Part shown: piece after piece, positions 7,983 through 17,790 of the stretch
How the letters are laid out: each line of letters begins with the position of its first letter
Position numbering within the stretch: the stretch's first letter is position 1
From: Bdellovibrio sp.
Lineage (GTDB): Bacteria; Bdellovibrionota; Bdellovibrionia; Bdellovibrionales; Bdellovibrionaceae
Assembly (NCBI GenBank): GCA_036677065.1
Contig: JAKFBS010000003.1
Coordinates: 32,001 to 96,000, forward strand
DNA: 64,000 bases
Direction of reading: 5' to 3'
Notes under the pieces: model-generated
Told to the model about the DNA's origin: nothing
The model's database searches: none
Seen by the model: only the letters and a program-made list of their open reading frames with translations
Translations under genes and position numbers: made by a program

Positions 7983-10577
7983 ATGAACAAGAAGTTTGTA
8001 GTGCTAGCCAGTTTATCGCTAGCTCTTTCGTTGGGTGTTGTATCTTGTATATCAGCACAAAAAGGACCTGATCGCGAAGTTGCCAGTGATTTCTGGAGTG
8101 ATATCGCAGATCTATTCAGAACTAAAACTGAAGATTTCAGCGGCAACACACGCGCCCGTGAGCTTGATTCTGAGACTGTGGCAAAACGTGCTACCTCAGG
8201 AAAATTAGCTTTAACTGAAGGCGAAATTTTAATCGATAACGATGCTTCATTTGATTCTAAAGTAAACATGATCAGATCAGCGACTCGTTCAATCCGCATG
8301 TCTTACTTTATTTATGCTGATGATGATTCATCTTCGATCATCACTTCTGAGTTAATTAAAAAAGCTCAAGCTGGTGTTAAAGTTAGTCTATTAGTAGACT
8401 TTATCACGGGCTACGGAAGAGTAGACTTCTTCCAAATGATGGCGCAAGAAGGCCGTGGAAACATCGATATCCGTTTCTACAACTTTCCATCGATCCGCAT
8501 CCAGCAAGATGCAGTCTATATGACTTTACCGTGCCCTGAAGTTGCAAAACCTGACTCAGACACTTGTAAACGTTCTAAAGAAGCGACGATGAAAACTTTG
8601 AATCCGAATAATCCAACGTTCTTTTCTAGTTTATTCTTAGCAGGTCTTTACAGTAAAAACGCAACAGCGATGAAAATTGCTTTAGGCCTTGGTGGTCAAA
8701 TTGATCCAGCTAAATTAAAAGCCAGCGGTTCAGAGACTTCTGAAGAAGACATGGCCCGTATGATGGAATTCTTAAAACTTTACTACGAAGCTAAAGTTAA
8801 AGGTAACATCGGCGCGATGATCAAATTAACAATCGCGATGTTCATGTACGGTGAAGAATTAAATCCAATCGTAAATGAATTATCTGGTCGTATTCCGTTA
8901 GCTTCTGAGCGCGAAACATTACCTGGTAAAAAAACAACTCACGCCCAAGAGTGGGATCATTTAACAGATTACACACATCATAAGTTAATCGCTGTTGATG
9001 GCCGTGAATTTCAATTAGGTGGCCGTAACGTTGAAGATTCATACCATATGAAATCTCGCATTCCAGTTGCTGCCGGTGAAAAAGCAAAAGGCAAATACAT
9101 TTTCATGGATACTGACTTCCGCGGGCAAACTGCACCGGGTGGTATCGCAGCGATTGAAAAATCTTACGATAGAACTTTTAATTTCCGTGAAATGGTTGCT
9201 CCATTATCTGAAGTTCAACGTGTAATCCCTGCTGATCTAATTATGAATAATGAAGCCTTGGGCGAAGCAGCTATGGGTTGTATGGCTCAGGCACAAGCTG
9301 GCAAATTAACTATGAGCGTAGAAAACTGTGTTAAATCAGCAATGCGTTCTTCTGCTAGATTTGTTTCTTCAGCGACTCGCATAGCTGCAGCGAAACAAGC
9401 TTTGGCAGAATCAGTAACTAACTACACTAATAATTACGCTCGTAACGGTAAAAAAGTTATGCGTGATAACGTTAAAGGTGCGGCTTGGTCTGCAAACGTA
9501 GGTAACTTATCTGCAAATGATTTACGTTCTTCAGAAGTATATTACGTAGAGAACACTTCATTTAATGTAAAAGCTAAAAAAGATGAAGACATCGTTCGCC
9601 GTGCTGGTTCAAGAATCGGTGGCGAAAAATTCTATAATAAAAACATCCATGCTTTATGGTACCGTGGTTTAGAAAACGCATGTTACACAAGCAAAAAACA
9701 AAATAAAGATGTACGCGTTGTATTACACTCTGCTTACTTATTTATGCCATCAGGTTTAATCCACAAGATTGCCAAGATGCTTAACGGTGACTACGGTGAT
9801 TGTTCGCGCGTACGTGTAACTTTATTAACAAATTCTTTTGCGACAACAGATCTAAATGTGATCAACATTTTCTCTCGTTACCAAATGAACCAATTATTTA
9901 GCCGTTATGCAGGTCTTCAAGAGTACGTTAAGAAAAACAAAGAACGTCGTTTCTTTCCTACTTTAGATTACTTTGAATACAATGCTGAAGGCGCTGGTTT
10001 AGGTGTTTCTTTACATACGAAATTATCATTACTTGGTGATGATATGATTATCGGTTCTGCCAATGCAGATACTCGCTCTTACGCAATGGATACAAACAAT
10101 GCGGTTTTCATCAGAAACGCGCATGATCTTAATCGTGACTATGTTCAGTTTATCGATCGTTTAATCGGCGATTCAAAAAGAACTAAAAACATGACACGTG
10201 AATATGCGTTCATGCAAAACGCTCAGTTAAAAGCTGAGAACAACATGATCTTAGGTGCTATGATCTGCCGTTGGGATAAAAAATCTAGCTGTCATAATGC
10301 AGCTGACCCTAATAAATCTGGTGTGATGAATGCGACTGAAATCCGTCAGTCTCGTTTTACTCCAGAGCGTATCGCTGAGATGTTAAAAACTATCGACGAT
10401 ATCGGCCAACGCGTTTCTGTTGATACATACCGCATCGTAAACTTCCGCAGTGAGTTCGACCAAGTTGAACAAGTTGGTGGTGGTAAAGGTGCGCAAAGTA
10501 ATCCAGAAGAGCAATGGTTAGAAAACGAAATGAATGGTTTATCGAATTCGTTCGATGATTTGTTTAAAGTATTATAA
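7983..10577 (+). CDS. Secreted/lipoprotein phospholipase D superfamily protein
   Basis: Lipobox-like GVVSC; two HKD-type motifs HHKLIAVDG...GGRN and HTKLSLLGDD..GSAN. Confidence 0.85.
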   Translation: MNKKFVVLASLSLALSLGVVSCISAQKGPDREVASDFWSDIADLFRTKTEDFSGNTRARELDSETVAKRATSGKLALTEGEILIDNDASFDSKVNMIRSATRSIRMSYFIYADDDSSSIITSELIKKAQAGVKVSLLVDFITGYGRVDFFQMMAQEGRGNIDIRFYNFPSIRIQQDAVYMTLPCPEVAKPDSDTCKRSKEATMKTLNPNNPTFFSSLFLAGLYSKNATAMKIALGLGGQIDPAKLKASGSETSEEDMARMMEFLKLYYEAKVKGNIGAMIKLTIAMFMYGEELNPIVNELSGRIPLASERETLPGKKTTHAQEWDHLTDYTHHKLIAVDGREFQLGGRNVEDSYHMKSRIPVAAGEKAKGKYIFMDTDFRGQTAPGGIAAIEKSYDRTFNFREMVAPLSEVQRVIPADLIMNNEALGEAAMGCMAQAQAGKLTMSVENCVKSAMRSSARFVSSATRIAAAKQALAESVTNYTNNYARNGKKVMRDNVKGAAWSANVGNLSANDLRSSEVYYVENTSFNVKAKKDEDIVRRAGSRIGGEKFYNKNIHALWYRGLENACYTSKKQNKDVRVVLHSAYLFMPSGLIHKIAKMLNGDYGDCSRVRVTLLTNSFATTDLNVINIFSRYQMNQLFSRYAGLQEYVKKNKERRFFPTLDYFEYNAEGAGLGVSLHTKLSLLGDDMIIGSANADTRSYAMDTNNAVFIRNAHDLNRDYVQFIDRLIGDSKRTKNMTREYAFMQNAQLKAENNMILGAMICRWDKKSSCHNAADPNKSGVMNATEIRQSRFTPERIAEMLKTIDDIGQRVSVDTYRIVNFRSEFDQVEQVGGGKGAQSNPEEQWLENEMNGLSNSFDDLFKVL

Positions 10578-10590
10578 TCGTAGCTAAATT

Positions 10591-11982
10591 TTAGTTATAT
10601 TCGGCCCAGGTGGTTAACGCTTCCTGGGCTTTTTTTATTTGTAGAGTCTTTTTTAATTTCTTGTCTGTCTTGATGAGTTTACGTGTCTCTTCATCTAAGG
10701 TTGCCGGATCAATCGGCGGCAGTAAGCCAAAATTAATATTCGTCGGTTGAAAGTCAGTAATGCGAAAGCTATCGGTGATCGCTTCCATTAACGAGCCCAG
10801 TGCTGATGCGCGTGGGGGTGGTGAAAATTGTTGATCCATTAATTTTTGATCTAGAAACTTTGCCACTAATAGCCCAATGCATGTCGATTCGAAATAACCT
10901 TCAACGCCGGTGATTTGGCCTGCGAAAAATAAGAATGGATCATTTTTACTTGAAAGATCTTTGTTTAATCTTTTTGGTGAATTGATAAACATGTTTCTAT
11001 GAATGCTTCCCAATTTCAAAAACTCTGCATTTTCTAAACCTGGAATCATTCTGAACACGCGCGTTTGTTCGCCGTAGGCCATGCGCGTTTGAAATCCCAC
11101 GATGTTATAGGCTGTGCCTTCTTTGTTGTCTTGGCGAAGCTGTACAACGGCGTACGGGTACTTTCCTGTTTTTGGATTATCTAAGCCTACGGGTTTCATC
11201 GGGCCGAAACGCGGAGTTTGTGGGCCGCGTTCGACCATAGTTTCAATCGGCATGCAGCCTTCGAAAAAATCTGTAGTTTCAAAATGTTTGGGTTCAATTT
11301 TTTTAGCGTCGGTGATTGCTTGGATAAAGGCGTTGTATTGTTCTTTATCCATCGGGCAATTGTAATAATCACCTTGAGACGCATCGATCGTTTCAGCGAC
11401 TTTATCGTAGCGATTGGCTTTCCAGGCAATGTCTGTATTGATGCTATCAGCATCGATGATCGGCGCGATGGCATCGAAGAAATATAAAAACTCATCGCCG
11501 AAATGTTTTTGTAAACTTTGGGCTAAAGCTTCATCTGTTAGCGGACCTGTGGCAATCACGGCAGGGCGTGGAATTTGATCAAGTGATGTGACAACTTCGC
11601 GTTTAACGGTGATGTTTGGATTTTTAGCGACTTCTTCGGTGATAGCTTGGGCAAAACGTTCGCGGTCAATTCCTAACGCTTGGCCTGCAGGAACAAATGC
11701 GGCTTTGGCGTGTTTTAAAATATATGAATTTAATTTTTCGGCTTCCCATTTTAATTGGCCCGGGGCAGAGATTTCTCCCATGCTGCCAAAAGAATTTGAG
11801 CAAACAAGTTCTGCAAAATGGTCAGTTTTATGAGCGGGAGTTTGTTTAACGCCTCTCATTTCGATTAGATTCACTTTGTATCCAAGATCGGCTAGTTGCA
11901 GAGCACATTCGCTGCCCGCTAAGCCAGCACCGACCACGGTAATTATTTTGCTCAGCTGAAAGCTGACATTTTTATCAGTCAT
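10591..11982 (-). CDS. trmFO: Folate/FAD-dependent tRNA (uracil-54)-methyltransferase
   Basis: GAGLAGSE, AELVCSNS, FEGCMPIE, GQITGVEGY. Start placed at ATG 11982. Confidence 0.95.
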   Translation of the reverse strand: MTDKNVSFQLSKIITVVGAGLAGSECALQLADLGYKVNLIEMRGVKQTPAHKTDHFAELVCSNSFGSMGEISAPGQLKWEAEKLNSYILKHAKAAFVPAGQALGIDRERFAQAITEEVAKNPNITVKREVVTSLDQIPRPAVIATGPLTDEALAQSLQKHFGDEFLYFFDAIAPIIDADSINTDIAWKANRYDKVAETIDASQGDYYNCPMDKEQYNAFIQAITDAKKIEPKHFETTDFFEGCMPIETMVERGPQTPRFGPMKPVGLDNPKTGKYPYAVVQLRQDNKEGTAYNIVGFQTRMAYGEQTRVFRMIPGLENAEFLKLGSIHRNMFINSPKRLNKDLSSKNDPFLFFAGQITGVEGYFESTCIGLLVAKFLDQKLMDQQFSPPPRASALGSLMEAITDSFRITDFQPTNINFGLLPPIDPATLDEETRKLIKTDKKLKKTLQIKKAQEALTTWAEYN

Positions 11983-12040
11983 AGGGCGAAAACTAAGCTT
12001 TCCGATCGCAAAAAGCAAGGGGATAGGATACAGTTTTTGT

Positions 12041-12487
12041 GTGAGCGAACGAGACCGTAAACCAAAATTCAAAACCAGCGCAGAAGTGCTTCAGAGCTTG
12101 CTTTCAGGGCAAGGTAAAACTTCATTAGGTTTTAAAAAAGATGCCACGGGTTCGTCATGGAAAAAACAAGATTTTAGCGTTGATCACATGGCCGATCAGT
12201 TTTTACGCTGGAAGCTTTGGATGAACTGGAAAGAAGTTGTCGGTCCAACGACAGCGCAGCACTGCGAACCGGTTTCGTATCACCAAGGTGTTTTAACCTT
12301 GTGGGTAAAAAATGCGACATGGTTAACGCAAATCAATTTTATGTCTGAGGCTATAAAAAATACCGTAAACCAAAAATTTTCAGCCGGCGCGGTAAAAGAA
12401 ATTCGCGTGACCATGGACCGCAAAAACGTTCCTGCCGCCGACAACGAAGAGTTTAAAACCAATCTACAAAAATTTATCAAAAAATAG
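12041..12487 (+). CDS. DUF721 / DciA-family protein
   Basis: WKEVVG..A.HCEP....GVLTLWVKNATWLTQI matches the DUF721 pattern. Confidence 0.75.
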   Translation: MSERDRKPKFKTSAEVLQSLLSGQGKTSLGFKKDATGSSWKKQDFSVDHMADQFLRWKLWMNWKEVVGPTTAQHCEPVSYHQGVLTLWVKNATWLTQINFMSEAIKNTVNQKFSAGAVKEIRVTMDRKNVPAADNEEFKTNLQKFIKK

Positions 12488-12534
12488 CCCGTGTCAGCTG
12501 TGTCTATAGCTAGGCTATAGTCGAGTCCTCTTTA

Positions 12535-12549
12535 GGGGGTATCGGTCAC
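12535..12549 (+). repeat. REP-like repeat GGGGGTATCGGTCAC
   Basis: Exact 15-mer also at 14733-14747, and inverted at 15255-15269 and 15476-15490. Confidence 0.85.
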
Positions 12550-12658
12550 TCCCGTTTCTGGACTTTTTATCCAAACACAAACACATATACTGAATAAGGA
12601 CGCGTGAATTAGTTTTCGCGCAAAAGTTTTTATTAATAAAACACTCTATGGAGAAACT

Positions 12659-14695
12659 ATGAAGTTATTGCTATCGCTAATGCTGGTTGCATTCATCTCG
12701 TCGTGTTCATACTTGGGATTACGTTCACCAAGTTCTACGACTAAAAAACACTACATCATCACAATGCACGGCGTGCGTGGTAATGCAGAATCTTACGGTG
12801 ATTTTCACACATTTGTCGGAAAAACTCTGAAAGAGATTGATCCGGCTTACGAATATGAATTATTCAATTGGACATATCCGGTAGGTGCCGCAGTTAATGA
12901 TGCTAAAACCGGAATTAACTGGGATCCGCATTTAATCGCCGATAAATTCAATAAAGATTTTATTTTAGGTAACGGCAGCGCTAAGCCGCTTATTCCAGAA
13001 CTAGGACCTGAAGATAAAATCTCTATCTTGGCGTACTCTATGGGTGGCCAAATGGTGATGACTTGGTACTACGATTCAATGTTCAACTTTAAATTTCATC
13101 CGTCGATGGCGTACTCTGCTGAAGACGCAGAAAAAGTTCAAAGCTATGTAGCTCGCGTTGAAAACGTAGTCGGTCTTGGGCCTGTTTACTGGGGCTCTAT
13201 AGATGCTGAGCTTGGCTGGTCTTTTCTTGAAAAAGGTAACTTAGCTGAAATTCATAAGTTATTACCTAAAGCCAAAGCACTTTGTGATGATCCGTCGATT
13301 GAAAGCATCACCGAAGGAAAAGGTTTTTTATCTAACTTATACAATGGCGCTAAAGAAAAATTATTCGGTGATCCAAATAAAGTTTACACACAACAAGAAA
13401 TCAATGACCGCGCAGTTAAAAATGGTCTAATCGCTTCTTGCGCTTCAGTAAATGCGATCGCAAATAACATCATCGTAAAAAATGTTAACAATGTTCCTGG
13501 TTTGGCGATGACAGGTTTAACTAAAGTGATGAAATCAGTGGGTAACATTAACCCTAGCGAAATGAATCACATGCGTTTAACTTCAGATGTGATTAATGAA
13601 ATGCGCGTAAACCGTATTTCTCATTTGATGTTAGATCAATACCGCACAAAATACCGCACACGTTGGACAAGCATCGTAGGTGTTTTTCCGTGCTTAGGTA
13701 AAACTGATGCAGGTCTTACTTGCACAGGTTTTCAATCTGAAAACTTAAGAAAAATTAATGAACAATTCGTAACTATTTTTTCTGGCCATAAACGCCGTGA
13801 AACAGATGGTCCGGTATTCAGCCCGGGTGCTACAGCAGATTTCTTATACTATGTAGAAAATCCAGGTAGTGAATCTAAACCAGTTGCAGAAACTAGCTAT
13901 GTAAACACAGCTGATTTACAACGTACTTTAAACATTCCTTCGCGTGAAATCTTTGTTGAAAACATGCATGCGACAGTGTTGCCTGCAATCGATGGTTTAT
14001 CAGGAATTTTAGCTCCGGTGGGTGATGCTTTAACTAAAGGGATCAACAGCTTCGATAAATCAATTGGCGTAGATGTTGTGATCATGAATAAAGAGTGTGC
14101 TTCTCCTGAAACATGTAAACATCCAAACTTCAAACACGTGATCGAAACGTTAACAAACTGTGAAGCAGGCCGCATCGCTTGTAATCAACGTTTAGTGAAT
14201 AAGTATTTTAACGTAGAATTAGATTCTGATCGTTATAACGAAAACGAAAAACTTCGTTATGAATTAGGTTCTTATGCATTAGTGATGAACATCAGATTAC
14301 CTAAATCGTACACGGGTGATTTGTCATCTCCTGAAAAAATCCTAAAAAATATTACTTTTGGATATAACACAGGTAAGCACGCTGGAAACGACAAGGCGCG
14401 CTTAGAAAATCGCTTAGATAATCCGGGTGATCTTTATGCGAACCAAATTAACCGTTCAAGAGAAGTTTTAAACTCATACGCGATTGTTAAAGAATACGCG
14501 GATTCGCGTGTGATTAGATTGTTTTACTTAGGCCGTGCATGGGCAAAAGATTCGAATAACCCACAAGCTCGCGCGCAGTTAAACGATGGTATTCCGGTTA
14601 GAATGGCATTGAAGTTTCCAGGTTTAACACCAAGAAACATTTCTGCCAAGGTACGTCCGACCTACACGACGTACACAGATATTTACTTAAAATAG
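12659..14695 (+). CDS. Secreted lipoprotein, alpha/beta-hydrolase (lipase/esterase-like)
   Basis: Lipobox ISSC; oxyanion-like ITMHG; nucleophile elbow AYSMGG; TDGPV and a downstream His. Confidence 0.65.
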   Translation: MKLLLSLMLVAFISSCSYLGLRSPSSTTKKHYIITMHGVRGNAESYGDFHTFVGKTLKEIDPAYEYELFNWTYPVGAAVNDAKTGINWDPHLIADKFNKDFILGNGSAKPLIPELGPEDKISILAYSMGGQMVMTWYYDSMFNFKFHPSMAYSAEDAEKVQSYVARVENVVGLGPVYWGSIDAELGWSFLEKGNLAEIHKLLPKAKALCDDPSIESITEGKGFLSNLYNGAKEKLFGDPNKVYTQQEINDRAVKNGLIASCASVNAIANNIIVKNVNNVPGLAMTGLTKVMKSVGNINPSEMNHMRLTSDVINEMRVNRISHLMLDQYRTKYRTRWTSIVGVFPCLGKTDAGLTCTGFQSENLRKINEQFVTIFSGHKRRETDGPVFSPGATADFLYYVENPGSESKPVAETSYVNTADLQRTLNIPSREIFVENMHATVLPAIDGLSGILAPVGDALTKGINSFDKSIGVDVVIMNKECASPETCKHPNFKHVIETLTNCEAGRIACNQRLVNKYFNVELDSDRYNENEKLRYELGSYALVMNIRLPKSYTGDLSSPEKILKNITFGYNTGKHAGNDKARLENRLDNPGDLYANQINRSREVLNSYAIVKEYADSRVIRLFYLGRAWAKDSNNPQARAQLNDGIPVRMALKFPGLTPRNISAKVRPTYTTYTDIYLK

Positions 14696-14731
14696 TTTTA
14701 AGGAACTCATAGCCCCACGTCGTTGTTGTGT

Positions 14732-14748
14732 TGGGGGTATCGGTCACC
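14732..14748 (+). repeat. REP-like repeat TGGGGGTATCGGTCACC
   Basis: 17-bp perfect reverse complement of 15254-15270. Confidence 0.85.
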
Positions 14749-14750
14749 AA

Positions 14751-14783
14751 AAAAAGCCTACGTTTATGAAACGTAGGCTTTTT
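14751..14783. terminator. Bidirectional rho-independent terminator
   Basis: AAAAAGCCTACGTTT-atg-AAACGTAGGCTTTTT perfect stem with A and T tails. Confidence 0.85.
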
Positions 14784-14880
14784 ATTTTTTCGGACCAGCA
14801 CATTCGATACCCGTATCTTCGATCGCTCTACCTGCCATAGAATCAGGTTTCATCCAGCGCCACTTCTTGAACACTGCTCT

Positions 14881-14894
14881 GGGGTATGGGTCAC
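14881..14894 (+). repeat. Variant REP-like repeat GGGGTATGGGTCAC containing the transposase start codon
   Basis: 13/14 match to the consensus; the C>G change creates ATG 14886. Confidence 0.65.
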
Positions 14895-15479
14895 ATCAAT
14901 CACACACTTAAGAAATATAACTTAAAACACAGTCACGGTGGCAGCCTTCGCCAGCTACGTAAAGGAAGGAAGTTTCGTCCGCTTTCTTCTCGAAAACCTC
15001 ATCACGTCGTCTTTAAGGCCGATAAAAAAGCACTGAAGTTGAATTTTCGCTCTCCGCGAACTTATAAAATAGTTCGGCGTATTATTGATCGTTATGCAAA
15101 GAGGTTTTTTATCAAAATTGATCAGTGTTCGATAAATTTCGATCATATTCATCTCAACATTCGAGTTCCACGAAGGGCGATGTCACATTACTTTATGCGA
15201 GTAGTGGCAGGGCAAATTGCGCAAGAACTGCAAAAAGAGAATTTACTGCGCGAGGTGACCGATACCCCCAGCATAGAGCGTGGGGTGATGGCGAAACGGG
15301 TGATGAAACTGTGGTTGTTTCGGCCGTTTACGCGGGTTGTGCATGGGTGGCGTGGCTATGTGATATTAAGAAATTATATTCAGCTTAATGAAAAAGAAGC
15401 TGCGGGAGTTATTCCTTATCAGAAAAGGCGTCTTCGTGGGCTTTCGGTCGTGCACTGGCAGAAGCTGTGGAGTTCGTGA
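14886..15479 (+). mobile_element. Stand-alone HUH/Y1 tyrosine transposase (IS200-like TnpA / RAYT-like)
   Basis: HHVVFK, HUH motif DHIHL, LW..RPFTR, catalytic-Tyr helix RNYIQLN. No tnpB. Repeat copies nearby. Confidence 0.8.
15254..15270 (-). repeat. REP-like repeat inside the transposase CDS (translated VTDTP)
   Basis: GGTGACCGATACCCCCA. Confidence 0.85.
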
Positions 15480-15490
15480 CCGATACCCCC
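15474..15490 (-). repeat. REP-like repeat overlapping the transposase stop codon
   Basis: TCGTGACCGATACCCCC; TGA 15477-15479 lies inside it. Confidence 0.85.
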
Positions 15491-15509
15491 TGAGATAGAG
15501 GGACAAGCG

Positions 15510-16274
15510 CTATTCGTCGACTGAGGATTTGATGATGGATTTGACGGCTTGTTGTTTTTGGCCGGCGCCAAGGATTGATTTTAGACGATCGTGTAAAGAT
15601 CTGTCATTGATTAGCGCGCCTAGGGTGCCTTGGCCGTTGTCGATCTTTTCTAAGATGTTATCCATTTTAGTCATTGAGTGCTCTAAGCGGTTTCCGGCTA
15701 AGGCTTGTTTGATTTTAACTGATGAGTCGTTTAAGTTTCCTGCGGCTTGATCTAGCTTGTTGATTAAGCTTGGTAATTTATTTTGATCGGCTAGGCCTTT
15801 AACAATCAGGTTTAAGTTGTGAATTGTATCAAATAACTTTTCGCTCTCGTTACCGCGTTTATTTAAGACCGCTAACAGATCATTGCCGTATTCTGATTTT
15901 AGTTCACCGCGGTTTTCTAGCGGAGTCCCTGAAATACCCGGTTTGATGTATAAAAACTTATCGCCTAAAGCACCTTGTGTTCTGATTTCAACGATCGAAT
16001 CTGACTTTGTTTTTTTCGCGTAAGCCGCATCCATCAGAAAAATCACGCGCACTAGATTTTTTTCATCATCGTAATCAATCGATTCAACGTTACCGATTTT
16101 TACACCGGCCAATGAAACGATAGCGCCGTTATTTAATCCCTGAACAGAGTCAAAATACGTACTGATACTGTAAGAGTTTTGAAATACAGATTTATTAGCA
16201 CCCAACATGAATACAGAAATTACTAAAACGATTAGTCCCAACGCTAAAAATAGACCGACTTTAAGTTTTGTCAT
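15510..16274 (-). CDS. mlaD: MCE/MlaD family protein
   Basis: LKVGLF transmembrane segment, GL..GA.VSLAGVKIGNV, TQGALGDKFL. Confidence 0.9.
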   Translation of the reverse strand: MTKLKVGLFLALGLIVLVISVFMLGANKSVFQNSYSISTYFDSVQGLNNGAIVSLAGVKIGNVESIDYDDEKNLVRVIFLMDAAYAKKTKSDSIVEIRTQGALGDKFLYIKPGISGTPLENRGELKSEYGNDLLAVLNKRGNESEKLFDTIHNLNLIVKGLADQNKLPSLINKLDQAAGNLNDSSVKIKQALAGNRLEHSMTKMDNILEKIDNGQGTLGALINDRSLHDRLKSILGAGQKQQAVKSIIKSSVDE

Positions 16275-17002
16275 AAGATGTTACCTTCTATAAATTGTTG
16301 AATCAGGCTGTTGTCGCGGTTTAATAATTGATCAATGGTGCCTTGTTCGGCGATCACTTTGTCTTTTAGAAATGCGAATTTATCACAAACAGCCATCGCT
16401 GTTGGAATATCATGAGTTACTAAAATAGCCGTTACACCGGTAGCTTTTAAACGCAGAATTAACTCCTGGATCTTTCGAGTGTTGTAGGGATCTAAGCCCG
16501 CTGTTGGTTCATCATAGAGAATAATTTCAGGCTGCATAATCACGGCACGTGCTAAACCAATACGTTTTTGCATACCACCTGAAAGTTCACCCGGGTATAA
16601 ATGAATCGACTTTTCTAAGCCAAATTCAGCCAATTGATGATGAATCTTTTCAGCAATTTCTGCCTCAGCTAACTCAGTATGTGCGCGCAGAGGATAAGCT
16701 AGGTTTTCATACACCGTCATTGAGTCAAAAAGTGCTCCACCCTGAAAGGCGTAAGCCACTTGTTTTCTGATGGGAATAAGCTCTTGTTCATTCATTGGAA
16801 CGATATCAATGCCGTTGATCAGAATTTTTCCGGCATCAGGTTTTTCTAAACCGATCAGACTGCGAAGAATCACTGACTTACCGGCTCCTGAGCCGCCAAC
16901 TAAACCAAGGCATTCGCCTTTTTTGACGTAAAAACTGACATTTTCATGAATGATTTTACTGCCGAAGGCTTTTCTAAAATTAACAATTTCGATTAAAGCC
17001 AT
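16271..17002 (-). CDS. mlaF: MlaF/Mkl ABC transporter ATPase
   Basis: GGSGAGKS, LSGGMQKR, YDEPTAGLDP; operon context. Confidence 0.9.
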   Translation of the reverse strand: MALIEIVNFRKAFGSKIIHENVSFYVKKGECLGLVGGSGAGKSVILRSLIGLEKPDAGKILINGIDIVPMNEQELIPIRKQVAYAFQGGALFDSMTVYENLAYPLRAHTELAEAEIAEKIHHQLAEFGLEKSIHLYPGELSGGMQKRIGLARAVIMQPEIILYDEPTAGLDPYNTRKIQELILRLKATGVTAILVTHDIPTAMAVCDKFAFLKDKVIAEQGTIDQLLNRDNSLIQQFIEGNIL

Positions 17003-17790
17003 TGTTCAATCACCCAAAATATTTTTGCCAGAAAAAAATCGCCAACTAAAATTAACAGTGAGGCTGTCACAACAGCTTTAGTGGTCGCGATGCCCACTTC
17101 TTTGGTTCCATTTTTTACATTTAGACCAAAATAACAAGAGGGAAGAGCGATAAATAAAGCAAAGAAAAATGTCTTACCAAAGCCCGCGATGTAATCTTTT
17201 AAATTTGAAGTTTCTAAAACGCGGCGAAAGTAAAACTGTGTATCTAAGTTAAGTTCAGTCGAACCCACCACTAAACCACCGAAATTACCAACTAGATTAG
17301 CGATACTTACTAAGAGAGGAAGTACGATTAAGCACGCCAACACTCGCGGAATTACGATTTTCTTAATCGGTGAAGTTCCCAAAGCACGAATTGCATCGAT
17401 TTGTTGGGTGACGACCATTGAACCGATTTCGCTGGCCATACCGGCACCTACGCGAGCTGCCAGCATAAGACTGGTAAATACCGGACCCATTTCTCGTAAA
17501 ATTGTCGAAGCCACCAGGCGGGGAACATAGGGTTTACCGCCAAACTTTTCTAAACCAAGCCCGTATTGAAGCGCCATCACCATACCTGTTGATAGAGCTG
17601 TGATCAGAACTAACGGTAAAGATTTAACCCCGACTAAATATATTTGATCGACCAGTAATGACCCGTAAAACGGGCGCGTACGAAGTTCTTTGAGCGTATC
17701 TTTTGTCAACAACGCCACGCCGCCTAAGAACTCTAGTGGTTCTTTAACTTTTTCGGTGATCATTGCAGGAAAATCTACAGGTGCACTCAT
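16993..17790 (-). CDS. mlaE: MlaE ABC permease
   Basis: REMGPV..LMLAARVGAGMASEIGSM..TQQIDA. Confidence 0.92.
   Translation of the reverse strand: MSAPVDFPAMITEKVKEPLEFLGGVALLTKDTLKELRTRPFYGSLLVDQIYLVGVKSLPLVLITALSTGMVMALQYGLGLEKFGGKPYVPRLVASTILREMGPVFTSLMLAARVGAGMASEIGSMVVTQQIDAIRALGTSPIKKIVIPRVLACLIVLPLLVSIANLVGNFGGLVVGSTELNLDTQFYFRRVLETSNLKDYIAGFGKTFFFALFIALPSCYFGLNVKNGTKEVGIATTKAVVTASLLILVGDFFLAKIFWVIEQWL

Noticed and set aside
14805..14812. CGATACCC partial repeat
   Set aside because: Only 8 bp; too short to call.
12535..15490. Possible CRISPR array from the repeated 15-mer
   Set aside because: Irregular spacing, mixed orientation, repeats too short, no cas genes.
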